Made by a program: the position numbers and the translations under genes. Below, piece by piece: positions 39,974-51,066 of a stretch of DNA of 64,000 bases (positions are counted from its first letter, which is position 1; every line of letters begins with the position of its first letter). The notes beneath the pieces are model-generated. The model saw only the letters and a program-made list of their open reading frames with translations. It searched no databases and was not told where the DNA came from. This stretch comes from Euprymna scolopes (Eukaryota): assembly GCA_053919585.1 (NCBI GenBank), contig CM132790.1. One strand, 5' to 3'.

Positions 39974-42787
39974 AATCCGTACGCTTCTACTCAAAAGAAC
40001 GGATATAGGTATCTCAGTGTCGTACAGTTTTAATCAATCTTATATCATTTTATTTTATTTTTTCTCACTTTACAATTATTATATCATGTAGTTTGTACGA
40101 ATGTATGTTTTTATCTTTCTGAAATTCAAATAAGGTATCCATAATTTAAGAAAAAATGGGAAATAATCATTTTTGTATTTGAATAAATAACTCAATGTTT
40201 ATAAATATTTTTCTAAACACATATAAATTAGATATATAAAATGTAATGACTGGTTGCATCGTATTAATTTTAATCTTTCAAATGTGTAGTCAGTTGTTAG
40301 TTTCTTTGCGTTTTTAATTATGTTACTTTCTGAGTAATACTTATGAGGCAATGGATATATTTCAAATGTCAATTTCACTGTTCAGAGTTTCCTTATACAC
40401 AACCTGCGTAAACTTCCAATAGTATATTATTTGTAATTGTAATCTAATTAAGATAAACACACGACTACTACGCGCTAGAATGCTGAGGACGCAAATTGGA
40501 AGTAAGGATAGGAGAGTACACGGATGGATGGAAACAAAAGGTATAATAGAGTAAAAACCAAAAACGAATTAAAAACATACTAACATGTAATAAACCAAAG
40601 AGTAGGTTATTTTCTGCTATTCTGTTCGATTAATTCTCGAATTTTTTATTCCAACTTGTTTGTCTGAGAAACCTATTCAAATGTCATCAACTGCCTGCAC
40701 GACGAACTATGATCAGAAGAATTGTACAATTATACATTGGTTATAATTCTCACCATTTCTCTTTTTCCTTTCTATAAACAATTGGCTGAATTACTTAACC
40801 TTGTACCAGCCCGGGCGAATTCTATTAAATATACGAAAATATAGGTTAATGTGTGGATTCGACTGATCTTGTTCCATCCCATCTCAGTTGCAGATTTTCT
40901 TCTCTCTAACTCTTTGTAACATACTATCGCACATTTATAATTTCTTTATTTTACAAACACAAAATAGAAAAAAAATCACTAGAACATCTATTTCAATAAA
41001 GAACGCATGCATTAAAACACATATACTCAAATATATAAATGCATGTATTTATGACTAATTATTACCAATTAGCCTAGTATTTACAACTCATACATATTCT
41101 CTACGGACGGTTCATCAGAACTATAAAAACTCGGTGTTGATCGGGATATATTAAACACAAATCTAACAATTATATCATTAATAGTTATCTGGTATTAAAT
41201 AAAAATGTAATTACTCAACCCCATCAAGACAAAATCCTCCAAATAAATCTTATACGATGTTGCAACTAATAAATACACAGTAATATATATTCATGGGGAC
41301 ATTTTAAGTTAGAACATTTAAATATATCAAGATCATATATAAAAATAAAGAATCCCGGACTGCTAGGATACGGGGTATCTACAACACATGTTAGAATGTA
41401 TTTAATATACGTTTGCTTGCCAATTCGTTTCTGTGTGTACGTGTTTATATTTGATGTGTTATACTTTGATATAATCGTATTTAAGAAAATTATGGTCATA
41501 ATTATGGTCAAAAATATGGTCATAATTCAACTATTAAAAAAATCGTAAATGAGGCCAACTTCAAAATAACGTTGTTTTGTTTTTTTTCCAGTAAACTATG
41601 TGCTTTCACATCCAGTTACATTGTTATCACTTTATATTTTCATAAATGGCTTAGAGAACTTTTGCTTACTACACAATTAAACGAGCATGTCATTATGCGA
41701 TTTAAAAAAAAACGAGTACTACCTTATTACGTTTATAAATCGAATCCAAATAGGTTTACTGTAATCGTGTGTCCAGCCAACTGATATAATTGTTAGCATA
41801 CAATTATGATTAATTTGAAACAAAAACATGTGTGTAACTAAAAAACAAGGATAATAACAGATCTCTCTAAGTTTATTACGAGATAGCAGGTATATTTTAC
41901 ATTGCTCCGTCTAAAAACAAAGTAAATAATAATGAATTACAAAACGTGATTAATAAACAGAATTATGTTCAATTATTTAGAAGGTACCGGATATATGGTC
42001 CATCATTTATCTCTTTATACCATATACATGTACTCTCTTACCCTACTCTCAATTTATGTGATAGTATATGCTGAGTTTTGTTAAATACTAAAATGTTAAC
42101 CTAACTCTGTTTCCAATAAAAATATTTATAAGCAAGTATGATCTTCAGGTGAATTATATAATACACTTTCCGTTGTTATAATAGTCGTTATATTTTATAC
42201 ATATGCCTATGTATCCAGGGTGTATCAATGCATCACATATAAAAATTAGGGAGTAAACTAGTGATATAAATAGCTTTCTCCTTTAAGAAAATGCATTTAT
42301 TTATGCAAGAATATTCCTTAATCAAAAGGTAATTCACAGAAGTAAAATGAACAAAAAACAAAACAAAAAAAAAACAAATGTTCAAAGAACTTTTCTAAAA
42401 AAAACAAGGGAAACTACTAATATATTAAACCAAATGCACTTAGATTTGAAAATGAAGATGAATAGGAAATACACTAATATTTTTCCGAACATTTTTCTTT
42501 TACCTGCGGGATATAATATCCATTATTCATAGACGACTATTTTGATGAAATTACAAATGTCATGTCTAGCAAGATTCGTTGGGAAAACTAATTTGTGGTT
42601 CCAAAGTACAAAGTTTTTTAATTCTTTCAAAGTTTTATATATTTTTGCAATTGAGTGCTCAGACAAGACATGAAATCATTCTTTAGCAATGTGCAACCCC
42701 TATATTATAAGCAAAAGGTGTTTTGGCCGTGCCTAAACGAAAACCTACACACGCACAAACGCACGCATACACACACATCCACCCCCC

Positions 42788-42792
<5 letters not shown>

Positions 42793-42850
<58 letters not shown>

Positions 42851-43129
42851 AAAAAAAGAAAAAACACATTGTTTTTTAAAGAAGTTCACAAAGTTGGGTC
42901 CCCATATACGGGGCCTTCGTACGGAAGATGAGAGAGATGATTAGTGAAACAAAATGCAAAATTGTGAGCAGAAAGGCCTATTAGTTTAACCCCTCATAAT
43001 CTTGATCATTCCCTGAAGAAGTTTCCCGAAATTGGGGACAGAAATTAGAAAAAAATAATTGAATTTTTACAGCTCTTTCTTTCTTTCTTTGTCCATAACC
43101 TTATTATATCATACCTATCTATCAATGTA

Positions 43130-43222
<93 letters not shown>
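42793..43222. repeat. (TA)n at 42793-42848 and (CT)n(AT)n at 43131-43222, flanking a possible Penelope pLTR fragment
   Basis: Microsatellites read directly. Between them, CTGAAGA a GTTTC ccgaaattg GGGAC a GAAA at ~43013-43054 resembles a decayed PLE hammerhead core. Confidence 0.6.
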
Positions 43223-43224
<2 letters not shown>

Positions 43225-44255
43225 TGCACGTTCAATAAATGTTAATGCACTTCATACCGAAAGAATGGGGGTATTATGCTTACAAAATTATCAGTGCACA
43301 CAGTGAACATTATTTATCACATCGTAATCCGCAAGCAGTCAACAAATACGAACGTGCCTTTCAGGCGAACGATTTTTTCTCGTTCACCGGAAAGTAACCT
43401 CTCTATACAAGTAAATGTCTATACGCATGAAGCAACACAAGCGTATTGTCGTAATACGCAATCTTAAGATTATTAAGCAAACACGAAATTTATGATCATG
43501 TATATATGCTACTTGGACACGATTTAATAAATTAACTTTAAGTAGCTTAGCTACGTGCTTTCAAACATGTTTTTATGACTATAATATGTGTCAATAAGTA
43601 ATCATATTTTCTACCAGACCCACAAGTATTTCATGCTTATGAATTCACAATATTGTTATGCATTCTGAGGAGTGATAATAATACTAAAAACAGAAAATTT
43701 GAAACTAAATTAAACAACAGCGATATATTTACGTTTAATTAATATCTGTTTATATGTTTACGTCCAAAAAATTAGTCCCGATTTTCCAAGGGATTTTTTT
43801 TCTAAAATCCCTAATGTTTGAGACGCATCTTTATCCTAGGATTGTTAAGAAAATTACGAGAAAGTCGACATAAGTTTGTAAGCGATAAGATAAACCTAAC
43901 GTCATGTATAATTTCGTGGCCGAACGGTCACCGTTCTCAATCAAAATACATATTGTCTGATATCCGAATAATACAAACAGTCCAGCTACGCTAACTAGAC
44001 GTAGTATCTCCATGATCTCAAAGTTTGGAGACGCTATTAACAGTATTATCGATTTAAGAAACAACAAAAATCGATATCAGTTTACAAACGATAAAAATAA
44101 CACGAAAAGAAATGTAGGTTGACGAGAGCTTTATTACCTAAATGCATTTACATGTTTTATCAGGCGACTATATTAAACGCGCTACATGAAATTGCAGGAC
44201 ACATTATCTCTCTCTTCTCTTCTTCTCTTCTCTTCTCTTCTCTTCTATCTATCTA

Positions 44256-44918
44256 TCTATTCTTCTATATAAATAAAATGAACTCATTTTTTCCCGTCGG
44301 ATTTTGACATTAATAGGATTAAAAATCAAGATATTTCATGCAAATATAATATGCACAAACGGTAGAACAATATATGAGGTGTGTTATAGGCTTATTATTT
44401 CTCAAATTCCTCGATAATCTTAGATTTCTATACTTTTTCTGCTGAGAAGTCACGGCCAAAATCGGTTAAAATCAATGGAAGTGGTCAAATATTTTCTCTC
44501 TAATAAATTCCTCCTCCCCCTGCCACCACTTAACACCGTTTGGGGATCGTTCACAAGGAACAGTTGAGAAGAGAACACCGGTTTGGCTTCGTAGTTCTTT
44601 CATGTGAAGTTATTTAAAATCACTAAACTAAGCTGCAGTTCTCTGTGGCGTAGTGGTTAGCGTGCTGGACAATTCACATTATATTTTCACGTTCGCGCCG
44701 ACCTACCGTAGTCGTTTTTTTTTTCCTAAACAACTGGAATGGACTTTTCTTGGTGGCCGAACTGTTAACGTTGCAGATGTTTTTTTTTCACACTTTATTT
44801 TCCTACTTTTACTCATGACTCCGGGTTTGATCCTTCCTACTTACCTACCATAACATTTTTTAAAATCCCCCCCCCGTCCCGGAAAAAACACTCGGGCAAC
44901 GCCGGGTACCCCCGCTAG
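44256..44918 (+). mobile_element. Non-autonomous Helitron (~660 bp)
   Basis: 5' end A|TCTATTCTTCTATATAAATAAAATG; 3' hairpin ctcgggcaacgccggg followed by CTAG|T (44915-44918). Inserted between A and T with no TSD. Confidence 0.8.
44638..44703 (+). pseudogene. tRNA-derived segment inside the Helitron
   Basis: A box TGGCGTAGTGGTTAGCG and a degenerate B box GTTCGCGCC; no intact cloverleaf. Confidence 0.5.
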
Positions 44919-45240
44919 TTTATATAATAAAATGTAAATATTTTCGACATAAAACTGTCCACATTATAGGAAAATCGATAAACACCGGCTATACACAACG
45001 TCCGTGCTCACAACTTCTATTTACAAATAAAGCTTTCTGTAGCTCACAATTAATATATATGTTCTACATATTAATTCTGTTTTTTTTTTCAAATAGCTTA
45101 CTCTCAATTAGGTAATCCTTCTAAATTAGCAGCAATACCTCTTAGTCACATTTAATTAACACATTTTCTGTAACCCGAAATCTCTGTGTACATTCATTAA
45201 TAAATAACGTTCTCACTAGTTCGCGATACATGTAAATATT

Positions 45241-45599
45241 TGTGGAAAAAAAACTATTTAGAGGGTAAAGTAGATTACCCGGTGATAGCGTAAGCTCCGA
45301 GGCGTTGCAAAGGATGCCCTATGCGACCCCCCTACTGGGTCGAGTAACAAGTTTTGTAGTACGGCGAGCAGCGAGTAACTAATTTGTGCCAACCGTTCAC
45401 CAGTAAGTCATAAACAGAACTGGTACTAGTCAGAGACACAATTCTTTTATAACAGAAGAATAGTGCCTCCCCCTACTCCTCCAAGTCTATAAGAGACTCG
45501 TTCTCTCAACCACTCAGATTAGAATTCCGCCCTCGAGGCCGGAGCCCCCAAGTAAGCAATCTCCTTTTTTATATTTATTTTTATTTTTATTTTCTCACA
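45241..45599 (-). repeat. 3' LTR (359 bp)
   Basis: Direct repeat of 51067-51419 with TG...CA ends. Confidence 0.96.
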
Positions 45600-45607
45600 C
45601 ACTCCCG
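45600..45607 (-). promoter_or_regulatory. Short polypurine tract (PPT)
   Basis: The sense strand reads CGGGAGTG immediately before the 3' LTR TGTG, a typical short BEL/Pao PPT. Confidence 0.7.
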
Positions 45608-45778
45608 ACAAAAACGAGAAAAAAAACAAAAGGTAGAAGAGAGAAAAGAAAAAGAAAAAGTTACATAAAAATGACAGACCACCAAAATACTTAATCAAAA
45701 AACAACTGTTAGTACAATATAGCAGTAGTCGATCAGTCCAGATATCAATCAAGCAGGCAGCGGGCTAGGTCTACCCCG

Positions 45779-45940
45779 TCATTTTTTAAGGGGCGCACAT
45801 TCTGGGCAATACCACTTTTGCCTGTTGGGAGGTTCTGAGTCGATACCGACACATCGGAAATGGTACCAATCGTCGCACGAGTCACACCCGATCATATTCT
45901 GATTCTGCTGCGGAGAGCTGCACAGGGGACACAACCAGAC
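45779..45940 (-). CDS. PHD finger (C4HC3, TAF3-like) at the integrase C-terminus
   Basis: VWLCPLC-x8-MIGCDSCDDWYHFRCVGI-x8-WYCPEC, with all eight Zn ligands present. Confidence 0.93.
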   Translation of the reverse strand, partial: VWLCPLCSSPQQNQNMIGCDSCDDWYHFRCVGIDSEPPNRQKWYCPECAPLKK

Positions 45941-48900
45941 CTGCTCTTCAACACTAGGGGGTAAATCCAACGTCTCCCCTCCCTCCGCAACAGGAGGTCC
46001 TTCAGGAGTCCTAGAAAGCTCTAAGGGGTACAGATGTTTCAGGGAATGTAATTCCTCCAAGCCCTCCCCTTTTTGTACACGTGCTGCTCTAACGACACCA
46101 TCATGGCCTGGAATCAGTTCAGTAATAGTTCCTAAGACCCAAAACGGTCTGGGTTTTAAAGGACTCTCAATCAGCACAACATCATCCTTCTGGAGGCGGG
46201 TTCTTGTACTGAGTCGGGATCGACCAGGAATCTTCCTTCCCAGCTCTAGCAGGTACTCCTCATACCATAGTTTGTGGAAATCTGTCAGACATTGGTCCCT
46301 AAGTTCCAAGGTTTGAATTAGCCTCTCCCTGCTGGGAGGCAACAAGGTTGTTCTATCCTCTCTATCCAGTCGTATCAATAGCCCGGGGCTCTGATTGGGC
46401 TTAAGGAACATATTAGGGGTAATTGGAGTAGCATTTTTGTCGGCTGACACCTGGTAAGTAAGAGGCCGGTTATTAACAGACCTCTGAATATCCGATAACA
46501 CTGTCAGAAGGGTCAAGTAATCCAATCTACCCCTGCCAAGAATCTTAAATAGGCAATTCTTCATGGTCTTGATACATCGCTCCCATGTTCCTCCATACCA
46601 AGGAGAGAACAAGGGAATGGTTTTAAGTTTTAACTTACAAGGACCGTATTTTCTTTGATAGTCCGTAAAAAGAGAGAAACGATCGAAAATCTTTCCACTT
46701 CCTATAAACGTTTTCGCGTTGTCACTATAAAGGGTTTCGGGAACGCCATATCGGTTAGTAAATCGAACCAGTTCCTGGAAGAAAGAGGGTACGCTCATGT
46801 TGGGAACTACTTCAATGTGTATTGCTCTGATATTCAAACAAGTGAACAGGAGCAAGTACATTTTCGTATCTCGTTTCCCGTCACTCACCCAAAGATGGCC
46901 AGTAAAATCAATCCCAGTGTGTTGATAGGGGACTCTGAAATCGGTACGGTGCGACGGCAGGGCAGCAGCAGCATTCGGCGTCACTGGCGTTGAATTATAA
47001 CGTTTACATCTGGCACAAACAGCCAGTACCTTATTCACAGCTTGTCGACCCTGCGGGACCCAATAACCGCTTCGCCTCAACTCCGCTAGAGTTGACCCAG
47101 TTCCAAGGTGGCAACACCTTTCATGACAATCTAAAATGATGAGTCTGGTAACAGAATGATGTTTCCCTATCAGAATGGGGTTTTTAACTTCATAACCAAA
47201 GTGGGAAGATTGGCTGATTCTTCCCCGAGATCGAATCAAACCGTCAGGGTCCAGAAAAAGATCCAGAGCACGAAGCCTAACTGGCATGGGTTTACCACTC
47301 GGCTCCTTTAGGTACTCCACTTCCACGGGGAATTCTTGCCGTTGCACTGTCTTCATAAGGTAGATCGCTGCCTTAGAGTTGTAGTCCCATTGTCGATTAA
47401 ATCGGATGGCTAGGAACTTAAACACCAAGGCAGTAACAGTCAGTAAACCAGAGAATGAGGAAAACCTCTGAAAAGGTATGGCCGAAGTGTACTCTTGATC
47501 ATGGATCAAAGAACAATTTGCTGAACTGCGGGTCATTCGCTGGCATATCTCACTCAAACAGGGCATATCCTGTCCTGGCCATTGAGATATTCCTTCGCAT
47601 AGCCAGGAAGGGCCTGAACACCAAAATTCCATCTTGGATTGGAACTTTCTCAATGTTAATCCTCTTGTTAACAAATCCGCCGGGTTGAGTGTACTATCAA
47701 CATATCTGAAGAGAGTCTTCAAGCCATAGCGAGACTCCAACTCCACTTTAATCTGCAGAATGTCTTTAAGTCTATTTTTTGCAAAAACATTTTTGCTAGC
47801 CATGTTTTGAGATAAAATCCAGGACAAGACCACCTGTGCATCCGTGGCTATACACAAATTCTCGGGAACAAATCCTTCACAATTGTCCAGGATTGTGGGG
47901 AGACACTTGAAGGCGAGGAAAACGGCCATTAGTTCCAACATAGACAAAGTCTTGTCCTTCATAGGTGCCACCTTAGCTTTCGCAAATAATAAGGATGACC
48001 GACCATTTTGTACGATATACACGGCAAACCCATATGCTTCCTTGGACGCGTCGCAAAACAGGTACATATCTCCAGGCAGCCCTGCCCTAAGCGCCTTGCG
48101 CAAAAAACGGAAATCACTCAACCATGAAAGGTCCCTGGCTAGTGCTCTCCAATCGCTCAAGATCGCTGGCTGGAGTGGATCATCCCAACCTGCACCATTC
48201 TTCTACATGGACCTGATTAGCACTCTACTGCGGATAGTAACCGGGAGACATAGGGACAACGGATCGAAGACCTTAGCTGACTCTGAAAGAACACCTCTCT
48301 TAGTTGTCACGTCAGGATTGCACTTTACCGGAGCGACATACAACTCCTCCGAATGTGGGGAGTATCGGTAGCCCAGTACTCTCTCCCACTCCTCTTCATG
48401 GATACTTAGAGTACCATCCTCCTTCATCCTATTGCGGAGCGCCTGACTGTTTGAATTGCATTACTGGATAATAAAGCCCCCTTCCAGCAAACGCTCTCTA
48501 ACAAGGGAATACAATGTAGTAAGCTCACTCGCGTCTGCCACGGATGCCACAAGGTTATCCACATAAAACCGGTCCTCCATCATTCTGCGGCAAGCATCCT
48601 GCGGGTATTTTGCCGCATGCAATTTTAAGATTCACCCCAACACAAATGGGCTGGAGGTAAACCCGAATATCAAGGTGGTATAGCGGAAGCAGCGCAAACA
48701 ATCTCCTTGTTTAAGAAAAAAGCAAAGCCGGTTCCTATCCGCCTCCAGCTTAAGCCGAATCATTAGGAAGGCTCGGCGAATGTCTGCTAGTAGCACATAA
48801 TTGTTGGCTCTAAAGGCCAGCAACAACTTTAAGATGTCCCCTGTTAAGTTAACGCCAGAATATGCTGCTTCGTTCAGCGATAATCCATCTCCTGTCTTCA

Positions 48901-51019
48901 AACTACAGTTGAACACTGGTCTGATCCTGGTAGTTGCCGTAGGGTCCGACTTGAAAACTGGTCTATGTGGTATCCACACATATTTGTCGAACTCCTGAGG
49001 GGAGACAAAAATCTCTTCAATTATACCGTCCTCCTGTTGCTGACGAAACACCTCCAAATATTCATCATATATTTTTCTTTTAGTCAAGTTTGCTGCTACC
49101 CGGTCTAAAACATGCAAGGAAGTTGCATGATTAGAGGGGACTCTGGCTAATCTATCGTGATGCCAGTGGAGCTCCACATAATAGCTTCCATCCCGAAGCT
49201 CTACCGTTTCCTCAAATCGCTTCATCTGCACTTTATCGTTATCAGAAAAGTCCTCCTGACTGGGAAGCCCCAGAGATTCCAACGTAAACATTTGTTCTAG
49301 TCCTCTTTGTACCATATTGTCAGGAAAGCACTCCGCCATGGGATCCAGGTATGTTGATTGTGTTTCAAGGACAAAACATAAATGTGATGAATCGACCTGG
49401 GGGGTATGTTCCATTACCGAATTAAACGAGAGGTGAGTAACCTCAGAAAGGGGCTTATCTTCCAAGAAAAAAGAATCCACTGCTCCAAACGGGACCAATC
49501 CGGGCGGGGTTGCAAAGGCCCATCCATTCAAACACGGGATCAGCTTCAATGAGTCCAGGTGTTCAATCAGGTCTAACCCAATTATTCCCTTGATCGGTAT
49601 TAAATCCTTTCCGGTCTCAAACTGGCCGGCCAAAGCATATTTTGCATCCTGAAAGACACGTAATAGAGATTCCAGGTTGGCCACTCGAACCGACAAGTCC
49701 ATACCATCGGCTACCAAGACAGGAGATGTCACAGTCCTTCCAGAACCCAAGTCAACTCCCAGGACTACCTCTGTGAACCCACGCTGACACTCACCAAGAA
49801 AGGTAGACAATCTCAGCTGACAATTGACACCAAGGGTTTCGATTGGGCACAAAGTTCTCAGTACATCTGCCGCCAGATATGTCCGCCCGCTACCCGTGTC
49901 CAGTAGGCAAGTCACTGACACTGTCTTTGGTCCACAAGAGAATGTAACTGAGAGAATGGGTGGCAACGTGCGGGAATACCCGGTTGAAGTTGCATTGTTC
50001 ACATCCACATGAAAAGAAGGAGTGATAGCGTTCCCCCTACCAAACTTTTGAGACGTATTCTGTCTTACTGTTGATGTAAATGCAGTGGAGACACCGCCCT
50101 TAATCTTCAATCTCTTTATTGCTTCTCCAGTTAGTCTCAATATGGAGGACAAAGGTGGCACCCGTCTATTTGTTAGCGCTATTATCTCCCCTTTCAGTTC
50201 GAGAGGAAATTTCCTAAATAGAATCTTAGCCATCAGTCTGGCTCCGCCAGAATCGTCCACAAAAAAGTCACACGAAAAGGAATTCCCCAGCTCTTCCAAC
50301 AGCGATGCCCTCCTGGAAACGAAGTCCCCCAGCTCAAAAAGGGCTCCACTTTTCTTTGGTACATAGTCCAGAATATCCTGGAATATTTGGTCAATGATTT
50401 CATCCAGGTCCAGATACTCCCTCTTCAGTATAGCCATGGCTTGCTGGTAATTGGTGTCAGTGCAACTCAGGTGATTTACCAGCGTCAAGGCTCTGTCTGA
50501 GAGTGAACACTTCAAGAAGTTCAACCTCTCGGCATCATTGGCCATGCCGATCACGCAGTTCTCAAACCTAGTCAAGAAGTTTCTGAAACTCATGCGGTCG
50601 GACTCCATTTCTTGTCCGCTAAATGTAGGCCCTGTGATCTGTATACGTGGGGGTTTAACAATGAAGGAAGAACCTCTCCCGGTAGTTGCAGAAGCCCTTG
50701 AGAACTCAAAGGCAGATTCCGAGTAAGGGCTGGGCTCTGGCTGTCGGTATGCTTGATCCAAATCGCCCAAGTCTTCATAATAATCCTTTAGCTGAGGCAG
50801 CCAAGCACCCTCAATCTCGGCAGGTGTACTCTCATCAAAGGAGCCTAACTCCAGCTGTGTGATACAAGTCTCTAACTCGACAATGAATTGTCGAATCTCC
50901 GTCCTTAAGAATGAGTACGCCGATGGCCTAACTCCATCACGACACATCTTCAGTCGTCCCTGAATCTTCTGAGTCAATGACTCCCTTCTGCGTAGGAGCT
51001 GCTCTTTCGTGACGTTCAT
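45779..51019 (-). pseudogene. BEL/Pao gag-pol polyprotein (~1746 codons): Gag (DUF1759-like), aspartic protease, RT, RNase H, integrase and C-terminal PHD finger; three in-frame stops
   Basis: ORFs 48632-51064, 48203-48427 and 45779-48160 share one frame, with stops at 48632-4, 48461-3 and 48203-5. Motifs: PTFSG, LLDTGSGRTY, IPHRPVFK..TTRIRPVFN, ADIRRAFL, FGFTSSPF, FYVDN, FDPL, FCDAS..AYG, AKAKVAP, LELMA, TDAQVVL, NPADLLTRG, H..H/C..C, GIDFTG, SDNAKTF, GGTWER, LYPLE. First ATG at 51019. Confidence 0.95.
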
Positions 51020-51053
51020 GACAGTAGTTAACCGACGAAAGAGTAAGCAGCAA

Positions 51054-51064
51054 ATCCTTTGCAA
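51054..51064 (-). promoter_or_regulatory. Primer-binding-site position: non-tRNA, complementary to the element's own LTR
   Basis: Sense TTGCAAAGGAT begins 2 nt after the 5' LTR and is the exact reverse complement of LTR 51131-51141. There is no TGG. Confidence 0.65.
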
Positions 51065-51066
51065 GA

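Noticed and set aside
45500-45778. env-like ORF downstream of integrase (ORF 45519-45752)
   Set aside because: Its hydrophobicity comes from a T-rich 3'UTR tract; it is only 77 aa, runs into the LTR, and has a non-ATG start.
46655-50726. Plus-strand ORFs antisense to gag-pol (e.g. 47844-48371, 175 aa)
   Set aside because: Shadow ORFs of a GC-richer coding strand with no recognisable motifs.
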